This document shows, in pieces, positions 47,601 to 56,300 of a stretch of DNA of 64,000 bases. The notes beneath the pieces are model-generated. The model was not told the origin of the DNA and did no database searches. It saw only the letters and a program-made list of their open reading frames with translations. Both the position numbers and the translations under genes were made by a program. The DNA comes from Eledone cirrhosa (taxonomy: Eukaryota), in assembly GCA_964016885.1 (NCBI GenBank), contig OZ024750.1, forward strand, positions 14,322,001 through 14,386,000, read 5' to 3'. The number at the start of each line of letters is the position of its first letter. Position 1 is the stretch's first letter.

Positions 47601-48620
47601 TAGGGACCTCAGTCCCTATCATCTCATTTCTACAGCTGAGTAAACTGGAGCAATGTGAAATAAAGTGTCTTGCTCAAGGAAACAACACATAATAAAAGGA
47701 TTAAATCAGGGCAAGCTCCGATGGATGTGTAATAGTAATATACGCGAACGGCAAAGCATAAACGAATTGAGAGAGAGACTGAGCATAAGAGGAATCAAAT
47801 GCTGTGTGCAGGAGAGGAGGTTGCTTTGGTATGGACATGTGATGCATATGAAGGATGACAGCTGCATAAAAAGGTGCAGAGCACTAGAAGTCGATGGAAG
47901 CCGTGGAGTGGGGGAGACCCAGAAAGACCTGGGATGAGGTGATAAAAGCTGACTTTGCCCAATTGCACTTCTCAAAGGCGATGACACACGACCATGACCT
48001 CTGGCATCACACAGTAATACAGAAGACCTGACTTTCCACGGGTACAAGCCTCAGCTGAAGCATATATACAATACGCCCCCACCCCTTCCCACTGCAAAGT
48101 GGTCGTGGAGGTGTCACAACAAAAAAGCACCCAGTCCACACTAAAGTGGTTGTGGAGGTGTCACGACAAAAAAAAGCACCCAGCCCACACTGTAAAGTGG
48201 GTGTGTAGGTGCCACAGTAAGAAAAGCACCCACTACTCACTGTATATGAGGTTGGTGTTGGGAAGGGCATCCAGCTGTAGAAATCCATCCAAAATCACTT
48301 CCTGTATGAGCAAGATAAGGTCACCCGACCTGGCACTGCCTACAACAGGACAACCCGTCTAACCCATGCTAGCGTGGAAGAATGGACGTAAAACGGTGAT
48401 GATGATGATGATGATGATGAAGCCCAGGTCACCACAACAACATCAACTTGCCCAAAACATCATTGCTTATACATAAATTCAAATAAATAAATAAATGTAA
48501 TATTTACCGCTGACATGCTTTTTCAATGTCAGTGAATGCCTTGTTCTTGATAGTGGCTGACGAACTGCTTGGCTCTAGGTTAATTATGCATACGATAGTC
48601 ATCTGCCGGCTTTTAGGCAT
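12887..48620 (-). CDS. MAP3K15: ASK-family MAP kinase kinase kinase (MAP3K5/ASK1-MAP3K15-like), multi-exon; 27 coding exons traced, 3' part not found
   Basis: GT-AG exons join in a consistent phase into 2693 nt. Family motifs: [121 protein letters not shown]. The choice of MAP3K15 over MAP3K5 is nominal for an invertebrate. Confidence 0.93.
13810..13978. repeat. 64-bp tandem repeat that includes the exon 26 splice donor
   Basis: aacttacctaggcaatcttg occurs three times, at about 13831, 13895 and 13959. Confidence 0.9.
13966..14017 (-). CDS. MAP3K15: ASK exon 26 ([18 protein letters not shown])
   Basis: tttttcttcttag acceptor, AG|GTAAGT donor; phase 1 to 2; completes RSTSVP when joined to exon 25. 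Confidence 0.72.
14784..14847 (+). mobile_element. Tigger/pogo DDE transposase remnant
   Basis: Translates as [21 protein letters not shown], resembling the Tigger KILLLxDNAPGHP motif. Confidence 0.6.
14844..15325. repeat. 29-bp minisatellite, about 16 copies
   Basis: Unit ccctatcccatatagacacacctgtacat. Confidence 0.95.
17644..17688 (-). CDS. Candidate cassette exon ([14 protein letters not shown]), 45 nt, phase 1 to 1
   Basis: Long polypyrimidine tract plus tag acceptor, AAG|GTAAGA donor, frame-preserving with no stop; no homology support. Confidence 0.45.
18284..18339 (-). CDS. MAP3K15: ASK exon 25 ([18 protein letters not shown])
   Basis: Post-kinase basic patch plus EY.RS.S motif; phase 2 to 1. 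Confidence 0.85.
18984..19049 (-). CDS. MAP3K15: ASK exon 24 ([21 protein letters not shown])
   Basis: Kinase subdomain XI; phase 2 to 2. Confidence 0.92.
19486..19701. mobile_element. piggyBac-type MITE family C (about 220 bp)
   Basis: Family consensus TTAA|CCCTTTAGCATTTA...TAAATGCTAAAGGG|TTAA; the TTAA target site and CCC/GGG termini are piggyBac hallmarks. Confidence 0.78.
19856..19956 (-). CDS. MAP3K15: ASK exon 23 ([25 protein letters not shown]...)
   Basis: PQAAMFKVG motif; phase 0 to 2. Confidence 0.95.
20065..20415. repeat. 48-bp minisatellite with alternating A/B units, about 7 copies
   Basis: actgggtgttatttgtcatggc...ccttacagg; the unit resembles the subrepeat in the RTE 3' UTR at 38250-38350 and 48090-48245. 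Confidence 0.9.
20755..20820 (-). CDS. MAP3K15: ASK exon 22 ([22 protein letters not shown])
   Basis: Kinase subdomain IX; phase 0 to 0. Confidence 0.95.
21318..21546. mobile_element. piggyBac-type MITE family C
   Basis: Same TIRs and body. Confidence 0.78.
21666..21727 (-). CDS. MAP3K15: ASK exon 21 ([20 protein letters not shown])
   Basis: APE motif; phase 1 to 0. Confidence 0.95.
21821..22036. repeat. 43-bp minisatellite, 5 copies
   Basis: Unit tctaacaacacctacccttatacagatgacataaccctccatg. Confidence 0.93.
22115..22590 (-). mobile_element. RTE-clade LINE 3' fragment
   Basis: MLLGSETWA...RLERNEA...ELREKLG...RRLHW.G..WVKKC...GRPRKT; (ATG)n tail. Confidence 0.82.
22656..22794 (-). CDS. MAP3K15: ASK exon 20 ([14 protein letters not shown]...[19 protein letters not shown])
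   Basis: HRD and DFG motifs; phase 0 to 1. Confidence 0.96.
22970..23158 (-). mobile_element. SINE family A, full-length copy
   Basis: Same consensus as 11581-11770. Confidence 0.82.
24636..24830 (-). mobile_element. SINE family A, full-length copy
   Basis: Same consensus. Confidence 0.82.
25364..25592. mobile_element. piggyBac-type MITE family C, nested in an older related element (about 25250-25650)
   Basis: TTAA flanks on both sides; flanks resemble the inverted element at 10764-10995 and 44251-44455. Confidence 0.78.
25671..25774 (-). CDS. MAP3K15: ASK exon 19 ([15 protein letters not shown]...ILEGLKYL)
   Basis: LLRSKWGPL motif; phase 1 to 0. Confidence 0.95.
26040..26225 (-). mobile_element. 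SINE family A, full-length copy
   Basis: Same consensus. Confidence 0.8.
26591..26817. mobile_element. piggyBac-type MITE family C
   Basis: Same TIRs and body. Confidence 0.75.
27210..27337 (-). CDS. MAP3K15: ASK exon 18 ([12 protein letters not shown]...KIFMEQVPG)
   Basis: QPLHEEI and FMEQVPGG motifs; phase 2 to 1. Confidence 0.95.
28029..28156 (-). CDS. MAP3K15: ASK exon 17, kinase subdomains I-II (YEYDE...[10 protein letters not shown]...AVKEVPE)
   Basis: Gly-rich loop and catalytic Lys; phase 0 to 2. Confidence 0.95.
28180..28695 (-). mobile_element. CR1-clade LINE 3' end with 3' UTR and (ATT)n tail
   Basis: [10 protein letters not shown]...[17 protein letters not shown]...FK is a CR1-type C-terminal motif. 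Confidence 0.82.
29141..29369. mobile_element. piggyBac-type MITE family C, reverse orientation
   Basis: Same TIRs; ends about 12 bp from the exon 16 donor. Confidence 0.78.
29382..29460 (-). CDS. MAP3K15: ASK exon 16 ([12 protein letters not shown]...GCYE)
   Basis: AG/GT ends; phase 2 to 0; acidic linker before the kinase domain. Confidence 0.88.
29821..29913 (-). CDS. MAP3K15: ASK exon 15 ([23 protein letters not shown]...)
   Basis: FLYV.NSDDF.IYF motif; phase 2 to 2. Confidence 0.93.
30672..30757 (-). CDS. MAP3K15: ASK exon 14 (NVHLWNI...[13 protein letters not shown])
   Basis: EW.F motif; phase 0 to 2; weak donor GTGTAG. Confidence 0.88.
30947..31275. repeat. About 41-bp minisatellite, about 8 variable copies
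   Basis: Unit agacatgtggtgatgactgaacatgtggtttatagatgtag. Confidence 0.88.
31403..31474 (-). CDS. MAP3K15: ASK exon 13 ([24 protein letters not shown]), PH-like region
   Basis: LEP....PSY motif; phase 0 to 0. Confidence 0.9.
31519..31705 (+). mobile_element. SINE family A, full-length copy
   Basis: Same consensus, plus orientation; followed by an older copy at about 31720-31925. Confidence 0.8.
32090..32305. mobile_element. piggyBac-type MITE family C
   Basis: Same TIRs and body. Confidence 0.78.
32369..32437 (-). CDS. MAP3K15: ASK exon 12 ([23 protein letters not shown])
   Basis: FWM.F motif; 69 nt; phase 0 to 0. Confidence 0.92.
33261..33354 (-). CDS. MAP3K15: ASK exon 11 ([17 protein letters not shown]...)
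   Basis: WYLKS motif across the junction; phase 2 to 0. Confidence 0.9.
33418..33640 (-). mobile_element. SINE family A, long variant
   Basis: Same consensus with an extra ggggaaagtcgattaaatc segment, next to an (AAT)n tail. Confidence 0.8.
34328..34487 (-). CDS. MAP3K15: ASK exon 10 ([11 protein letters not shown]...[10 protein letters not shown]...PPNW)
   Basis: YWDV motif; phase 1 to 2. Confidence 0.93.
34700..35116. mobile_element. piggyBac-type MITE family C interrupted by an RTE-tail retroposon (about 34908-35095)
   Basis: MITE body is split by a (CAT)n-tailed element. Confidence 0.75.
35336..35448 (-). CDS. MAP3K15: ASK exon 9 ([21 protein letters not shown]...ELKKI)
   Basis: GIN motif; phase 2 to 1. 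Confidence 0.93.
35957..36078 (-). CDS. MAP3K15: ASK exon 8 (AIEQ...[11 protein letters not shown]...AIQW)
   Basis: CL.GRI.KD motif; phase 0 to 2. Confidence 0.93.
36215..36545 (-). mobile_element. Decayed CR1/L2-like LINE 3' fragment (same tail at 46090-46216 and 62985-63070)
   Basis: [11 protein letters not shown] on the minus strand; shared tail GGGCTGAAACACTTGCTTGAG...GTCCAGCTCTC.TGAGA. Confidence 0.5.
36709..36757 (-). CDS. MAP3K15: ASK exon 7 ([16 protein letters not shown])
   Basis: GD..KAL motif; phase 2 to 0. Confidence 0.9.
37097..37203 (-). CDS. MAP3K15: ASK exon 6 ([12 protein letters not shown]...YAFALNR)
   Basis: Family motif; phase 0 to 2. Confidence 0.93.
37641..37733 (-). 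CDS. MAP3K15: ASK exon 5 ([31 protein letters not shown])
   Basis: SYRDIQ motif; 93 nt; phase 0 to 0. Confidence 0.93.
38564..38639 (-). CDS. MAP3K15: ASK exon 4 ([25 protein letters not shown])
   Basis: Resembles ASK1 ILNDIRKARNLYTGKEL; phase 2 to 0. Confidence 0.9.
38976..39165 (-). mobile_element. SINE family A, full-length copy
   Basis: Same consensus. Confidence 0.8.
39433..39614 (-). CDS. MAP3K15: ASK exon 3 ([12 protein letters not shown]...VEKDN)
   Basis: AG/GT ends; 182 nt; phase 0 to 2; Y.F.PY motif. Confidence 0.85.
39940..41270. repeat. 166-bp higher-order satellite (88-bp plus 78-bp related monomers), about 7.5 dimers
   Basis: tcagctgtgaagta recurs at 39979, 40067, 40145, 40311 and on to 41141. 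Confidence 0.95.
41688..42437. repeat. 37-41-bp purine-rich minisatellite, about 18 copies
   Basis: Unit cactagagatgactgaggaaggaaggggtgatgaYgtcaca. Confidence 0.93.
42700..42967. mobile_element. piggyBac-type MITE family C with an expanded internal palindrome
   Basis: Same TIRs; 61-bp perfect hairpin at 42860-42920. Confidence 0.78.
43390..43535. repeat. About 61-bp direct duplication
   Basis: atacatttacaaatcatacaggttatatcattctgggataaatacaaatattatttcatac twice. Confidence 0.85.
44486..44705 (-). CDS. MAP3K15: ASK exon 2 ([18 protein letters not shown]...HSFK)
   Basis: LDFGET..FYNAD motif; AG/GT ends; phase 2 to 0. Confidence 0.93.
45400..45584. mobile_element. piggyBac-type MITE family C, internally deleted
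   Basis: Same TIRs with a shorter body. Confidence 0.75.
47713..48420 (+). mobile_element. RTE-clade LINE 3' fragment with 3' UTR and (ATG)n tail
   Basis: LRWMC...[11 protein letters not shown]...RRLLWYGHV; 3' end ccgtctaacccatgctagcgtggaagaatggacgtaaaacggtgatgatg. Confidence 0.85.
48508..48620 (-). CDS. MAP3K15: ASK exon 1 coding part ([16 protein letters not shown]...IEKACQR)
   Basis: Acceptor ttctctctcttacag before 48637, ATG at 48620, donor GTAAAT; phase 2 matches the next exon. The frame is open upstream to the acceptor, so the true start could lie in an upstream exon. Confidence 0.75.
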
Positions 48621-48974
48621 GATGGCTACTGCAGCTGCTGTAAGAGAGAGAAGAAAAATATTCATTGAAATCCTTCCAACATTTTCAAAATAAGTCATCC
48701 ATGCAGCCATAACAATTACCAATATACATACATAATAGGTCGTCAAGTATGAAATTTGTAGAAATTTGTTTTTTTTAATACAAATTTCTACAAATTTCAT
48801 ACTTGACGACCCAATAATTGTTTCTACTTTTTGCACAAGGCCAGCAATTACTCTAGTGCATTACTGGTACTTTATTTTATCGACCCTGTAAGGATGAAAG
48901 ACAAAGTTAACCTCGGCAGGATTTGAACTCAGAACGTAAAGGGAATATATATACATAATAATATACATATATAT

Positions 48975-50476
48975 AGGGCTCTTAGAAAGCTAGGAGTGGA
49001 AGAATGGCTTGTGAGAGCTATACAAGCCATGTATAGAAGAACAGTCAGCAAGGTTAGAAATAACAAAGAATATAGTGATGAATTTAGCGTAATGGTAGGG
49101 GTACACCAGGGATCCGTTCTTAGCCCCCGCCTGTTTATAATTGTCCTACAGGCTATAACAGAGGGGTTTAAGACTGGCTGCCCATGGGAACTTCTATATG
49201 CAGATGATCTAACTCTCGTAGCTGAATCTATGGCTGAACTAGAGAGGAAGTTCCAAACATGGAAGCATGGCCTTGAATCAAAAGGCATTAGTCAACTTGT
49301 CTAAGACTAAGGTTCTAGTATGCAGAAAGGAGAATAGGGCACAGGTACCCTCTGGGAAATGGCCATGCTCAGTGTGTAAGAAAGGAGTAGGCAAAAACTC
49401 CATTCTATGTCCCAAATGCAAAATATGGGTGCAGAAAAGATGTAGTGGGATCAGAGGTAAGCTATCTAAGAATGTAGATTTTATATGTGGTCGATGTTCA
49501 GATGCAGTAAGTAGCAAGGACCCGTTGGATGATACCCCCCTTCAACTGTCCAGATGGTTCTATAGAAATAGTAGACACCTTCCGTTACCTGGGTGACAAA
49601 ATCAGCAGCGGAGGAGGGTGTTCTGAAAGTGTAGTAGCCAGAGTTAGAACTGGATGGAAAAAGTTCAGAGAGCTAATACCGCTGTTGGCAACAAGGGGTT
49701 TTTCTCTAAAAATGAAAGGCAGATTGTATGATGCATGTATACAAACGGCGATATTACATGGTAGTGAGACTTGGGCATTGTGTGCTGAAGACCTGCATAG
49801 ATTAGAAAGAAATGAAGCTTGCATGTTCCGATGGATGTGTAATAGTAACATGCGCAAAAGGCGAAGCATAAACGATCTAAGAGGGAGACTAAGCATAAGA
49901 GGTATCAAATGTTGTTCTGGAGAGAAGATTGCGTTGGTATGGACATGTGATGTGTATGAAGGACGACAGCTGTATAAAAAAGTGCAGGGCAATGAAAATT
50001 GATGGAAGCTGGGGAGTGGATAGACCAAGAAAAACCTGGGATGAGGTGATAAAAACTGACCTTGCCCACCTACACCTCTCTAAGACAATGACACTGAATC
50101 GAGACCTTTGGTGCCATGCAGTTGTACAGAAGACCCGACTACCATTGCATACAAACCTAGTCAGTAGGCACCTCTTAACTCAATGTACACCCCGCCGCCA
50201 CACCCTACCCCCACCCTCCCTCTCCGTCCACTGTGTCGATGACACAACAGTCCCCACTGTAAGGTGGCCGTGTAGGAGACAGTGAAAAGGCTCCCAGTCC
50301 ACATTGTAAATGTGGTTGGTGTTAGGAAAGGCATCCAGCTGTAAAAAAAAAAAAACCTGCCAGAGACACTTCCGTGCGAGCGAGACATGGTCTCCCGACC
50401 ATTCTCGCATCAAATGGAACAAAACCGTCTAACCCATGCTAGCGTGGAAGATGGACGTTAAAAGATGATGATGATG
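48975..50476 (+). mobile_element. 5'-truncated RTE-clade LINE (RT domains 4-7, PHD-like finger, C-terminal domain, 3' UTR)
   Basis: GVHQGSVLSP, ELLYADDL, VNLSKTKVL, FRYLGD, LHGSETWA, WYGHV; three frameshifts; (ATG)n tail. Confidence 0.92.
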
Positions 50477-51499
50477 ACACACATACATACATACATAATA
50501 ATATATATTACATACATATATATGTAATATATGTATGTATGTATATATACATACTTATATACAGATGCATGACTTCATCACCCTGAAGCCACACATCATA
50601 CACAGTGGCAACTATATACACAATAACAAACCATTCAAGGTCAACTTTGTCTGTCATCCTTCAGTATTTATTTAAATAGTTTCTGAAATGATTCAAATCA
50701 ATTATGATTCGATATGCATTGGTTTAAAAGATTCTGGTAAATATGACATGTGCTCTTGGAAAAACTGTAAACAATCTTTTCAAACAATATGTAAATACTT
50801 ATTTTTATTAATATTTCTAATTAAGAGATTTCTTGCAAGATCCAAGCATTTTTAGCAGAAATTCTTTACTTGTATACAGGATTGGTAGCAGAAAGCATAG
50901 GTTAAAATATAATAATGGTTTATTTTCTTCCAAACAAATTAATACAAGTTGTAGGAGAGTGAAGAGCACCTCAAATTTCATAAAGCTTAGGGCCTTAAAT
51001 TTTATATGACTTAGGGCTTCAAATGTCATATAGCTTATGGCTTTAGTAGATGAAAGTCTGGCCCTGATGACAAGACTGGTCATTTTAATTTATTGGTACA
51101 GTTCATCCGACGGTCTGCCCCCAAAGACTTTGGTCAACTCAAGGTTATGGAAAAGGACCCTTCTCCAAGACAGCATACGGTGATATCGAACTAACGATCT
51201 CATGACAATAATTGAACTTCTTAACCACTTGATTGTGACTGAACATAGCATTAGTTATAGCGCATAAAAAAAAAAACAATGGTGATGATGGGGAGGGAGC
51301 TTGTCTCGCTACCAAGCAGTAAACAAGTCCACTTAAGTTACTTTTTAACGGACTATAAAGAGGTCTCTGATAGATATTGTCTTACGCGAACCTAAATTAG
51401 CAAAGTAAACAACAATCTAATAATTATAAACTGTAATATTCGCTTCATATATATAGATAAACAAACAATACATTACAAACACGAACGTCAGTTTTTGGG

Positions 51500-51800
51500 G
51501 GTTTTTTTATATACCAAAATATTCTACGATTTTATTTTACAAAGCTGTTTATGTAAAAACAAGACACGCTAATAAAGGGAACAAAAAATGTGGAGGGGGG
51601 GGGGGGGGGAGAAGAAGAATCAAGCAAGGAAAAAGAGGGAGAAGGACGGACTCTACACCCCAGACAGAGGATTTTCAGCCGCGCCCCACAGGGAATGGCT
51701 AGATACATCCGCAGCAACGACCATCCCACCTCACGGGGCTCCCTCCTCAAGGACGTCGCAGTCGCCACCATCTTACGAAAGAAAAGATTTATTGAGATTA
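51500..51800 (-). promoter_or_regulatory. Candidate 5' end or promoter-proximal region of the kinase gene
   Basis: CpG-retaining, GC-richer patch 3 kb upstream of exon 1 with a YY1-like AAGATGGTGGCG motif; the ATG-containing exon has an acceptor, so an upstream exon is implied. Confidence 0.3.
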
Positions 51801-54179
51801 CTTGAAAATAAAGAAGGGAACATACTATTTTTATTATTGTATTGTTAATGATTATATGTCTGAATACTTTCGATTTTGTAGGCGAAACCTAAAACGGGAA
51901 TATTCTTCATAAATAATATCAATGAGAGTAATAAGAAGATTTTCGATTGGAACCTAATGTCATTCTTAGAACTAGGAATTGTAAAGAAAAAAATTAATTT
52001 ACTTTTTATATAAATATTCTCAACATAATCGTAATCTTTACTTTTGAAAACATATCTCTGCTAAATCCTATTGTTGGCTTGCCTCAAAAAATAATTAAAG
52101 GCGGTTCCGATGCCCCTTGTGATGTGTGACCGATTGACACATTTAGTGATGAATTGATGGGTTTGGTTGTTGTTTTTTTCGCTTTGATTGTATATTATTG
52201 TGTTATATTATGATTATAATATATTTTCTTTCTTTTGAATTTATATTTTAATGTGAAATATTTATGTAATTAAGTATTGTATATATTATTTGTCTGTATA
52301 TTTTTCATTCTGTAAGAATTATAAACAATTTGTAATGTTATTAGAGCAGCGTTTGTAGCATAAAGGGACCTTTTTTAATGTGTCATAAAAGTTAAAAGCA
52401 GTATAGTACTACAGTTTAATGAGCGGGACTCCTGAAAATATTAGGACGATAGCAAATGCTACTAGGTTAATCCTATACTGGTTCTTATTCCTTTCAGTAT
52501 AGTCGACTAACTTGATCTGAGTTACTCAAATTAAGATATAGGGCACAGACAACAACGTCAGAAAAGTGATGTATTGGACAACATCGAACGGGCTGTCATT
52601 CCATCATATGCAATGTGTCGTTTTATAAGGTGTGGTTTTAAGAGAGATTTGCCTGCAATTTCTTGTAGGTCAAACGACAATATAAGCGGCCCCCTGTTGC
52701 ATCTATATATTCTAGGGTAGACGCAATTGCCTTTACAACCTCTCTCCACAGAACAGTCGACTCGTGTTTGTTTATTGTTTTAAACAGTTCAGTGATTCGA
52801 CCCATGTTACATTTATATATTATTTGTAAACTGACAATAACGGTGGTGACCAACAAAATGATCTGTAGCAATTAATTACGTCCCTTTTACGTTCTGGGTT
52901 GAGATCAACTTTGGGATATTGTTGAGATCGACTTTGCCTTTCATCCTTCCGGGATCTTAATATGGGAAAAATCCCGGATGGATAAAAGACAAAGTATTAA
53001 TGTAGCCCAACGACAGAGAGAAACTTTATCAGGGATACGCAAATTATAGCCATACAATAGAATACAAAATAGAAGGAAAGAACAAACTTTCTTTTTTTCA
53101 CTCTGGCTTGACGTTTTCTATGGGAGCTTATGATAAAAATGTTTGCATTGGTCTTTGGTTTATAATATTTAAGAAAATAGCCACAATTCTTGTGTGAGAA
53201 TATAGTTAATCTTTGAAATCAACTCTCCAATACTTAACTGTTAGTTATTTTACCGACTCCCAAAACAGGGAAAGAAAAGGTTGACCACTATGGGGTGTGT
53301 AACGGAATTGAAATAATAAAAAAATAATAAAGTTACGATACCTACCAGAAAACCATTAATAAAGTTTCCAAATTGAACGATCGAAGACTTTCTCACTGAA
53401 TAAGGTTTTAATTTGCAGAACGTTATATGAAAACATTAATTGCAGTCAATAGAAAAAGCAGACAAGAGTAACAAGTTACATAGCTTTACTAATGTCGGCC
53501 TAGAAAATTAGGCCTAGTACATGAGTGACTTATTTCCTAACAGTATATTATTGCCAACTTGCTATTTCCGCCTCAACAACAAACTTCAATGACAATTAAA
53601 CTAACACACTGAGAATGCGTGCGTCACTTACGGAAACTAATCGTACTTTTTCTTTTCGCCAATACACATTGACATTTTTTAAATCTTCAAATGTCTACTA
53701 GCTGAAACTAGCTAAAACATAATTCGAAATATTACAAAATCCTGCTTAAATTACAGAGAATATATATTATTGTTGGGTTCTTGATTTATATGCAAGTAAT
53801 TAACAAAGAAACATTTAATGACAGTGTGACTCCAAACATGAAATGATGTATATGATATACAATAAATAATTGGTACGTGATAATCACAGAAGGCTCCGGC
53901 TTATGTGTGTGTATGAATATGTTTATAGATACTTCGTTTTTGTATTGCGAAACTTATCTGAAAACGTCTGTTGAAACAGATATTGTTATTCTTTGAGAGG
54001 GTCATGCTGCCGCTAAAAATACACGCACCTGTTGGTTTTCACTTCAATTCATTATAAACTTCCAGTTGGTTAGTTTAATAGCTGGATGGTTGTTTATTGT
54101 CAAAGCTCTTTCGTCGCACATTTTGTGACCTCCTCGATAACAAATTTGTTATTTTGTCTCCTTTGTTGTCCTACACCAT

Positions 54180-54513
<334 letters not shown>

Positions 54514-54699
54514 GTAATAATGATAAATGTGGACTAAAATCCAAAGAGAGCTCGATAAGGATAAATATATATCAAATATATAAGAACCATAGAGCAAATA
54601 TCTATTAAAATAACAGATTAAAGTTTAAGTAAAGGATCCTTAACGGGATCTTCTGAAACTAATTGATTGTTAGTGTTGCTCTCTCATTAAACCCATTAC

Positions 54700-55476
54700 C
54701 ATATCTGTTCATAAAACAGTAGTCATAGAAATGGATCCAGAATTATCTCCCACGTTTTCTGTCAGTGACCTGAATTTGTATGGACCAAATATCAATGACA
54801 TCAAAGAGCAACTGTCCTCATTACCAAATTCTCCACAGTCATTAGAATGGAATTTAGTGGGTCTAAATGTGCATTGTTTGTGATAAGACATAGAAAAGTT
54901 GTGCTCTCTTCTGAAAATCTAAACAATATCAGCTTGACGATACAACCTCTACAGTCAGGAGATAACTCATGTATCTTGGACAAGATGAAAATGTCAGATA
55001 TAATGGATCCATAAATGAGAAGACAAGAAATTAATACCTCGGGAGAGTAAAAAAATATGGTCATCAAAATTCTCAACCTAAAACAAGCACATTGTTCACA
55101 ACACATTTTCTTTGCCAATCCAAATATCAACCTGTTATTGTAAGAACTGAATGAGATGGATATCAGAACTCAAAACTGCTGAGTGTTACTGGAAATGTTA
55201 ACATCACTGAGGATATGAATAGGCCATTTTTCTCATACAAGGAAGGTGTCCGAGCCTAAAATCCATATTAATATCATAACACTGAAGCAACATCTCCAAC
55301 AGAAGAAAAAAAAAATCTCCAAGTTTTATGAATATGAAAATATCATTTAGGATAGGCATTGAACTTGGGGAGAGACATGAAATAAAGTCTGACACAGATC
55401 AATCTATAAGAACATTGGAAAACTACTCAATGCTTGATCAAAATAACTTTTAAAAAGACCAGATCAATGAAAAATG

Positions 55477-55511
<35 letters not shown>

Positions 55512-56300
55512 AGTGGAAAATGAAATTTCGTTTTTATTTTTTCCGTTTATATATATATATATATGACAATAAACAAAGACTATGGAAATGATAAACTACA
55601 CTAAAAGCCTGACATGGAATTCCAAGTTCATAACATCTTGCTTTGAAGGATACCACCATACAATCCAGAGTCAGAAAATCCCCACCTAATGTACAAAAGT
55701 GGAGAGTTATCAGCCGACAATTAATGTCAGTTTTTTTAAAACACCGACCGAAGAAGTTAACCACATTGTTACAAGAATGTCTTCTATTTACTACCTTCTC
55801 ATACGATATGATGTGGTAGCCAGAACAATCTGGAATGCATTATGGAAGAAGAACATAACAATAATTTAGGATGAACATATCGAGACTGATGGTTCAAAGG
55901 AATATTAGTGGAACCCAAAAATAAAAACAACCACCAAATCAAAGTTCAACCAGCTTAACATTGTTGTAAGGAGCCACGGATTAAAAACACACTCTCTGTC
56001 CAGTCGATGTAAATATAGTAAGATACAAGAGGAGGGCATCTAAGGACCATTGGTGAGGAATTTGCAGATCCAGTATCCAAAATACACGTTCAGTTTTATA
56101 CCCATTATTATGTGAGCTACAGAATATATTCCAACCCCCCTGAATTGAACTTAGATTCTTAGAGAAAGAAAGCGCCTCCTTAATTCATAAGCTACAAATA
56201 AATATCTGAAACTTTCAAAGGATGAACAATTGCACAAGGGATGGTGGAAATTTCCATTTCTTTACAACCTTGCAGCCGGTAAAAAATAAACTAGAAATGA
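54700..56300 (+). mobile_element. Heavily decayed RLE-type non-LTR retrotransposon (R4/Dong- or NeSL-like)
   Basis: Fragmentary ISHVFS..DLNLY, MEFSGSKCA, YLG, CQFF...EEVNHIV, IRYDVVA (RHD-like), EY.WN, FIPII; many stops. Confidence 0.6.

Noticed and set aside
48975-50476. Active retrotransposon
   Set aside because: It is 5'-truncated, lacks the endonuclease and has at least three frameshifts.
51532-51848. Short ORFs in the GC-richer patch as independent genes
   Set aside because: No recognisable domain, and they depend on a poly-G run; at most a uORF or UTR.
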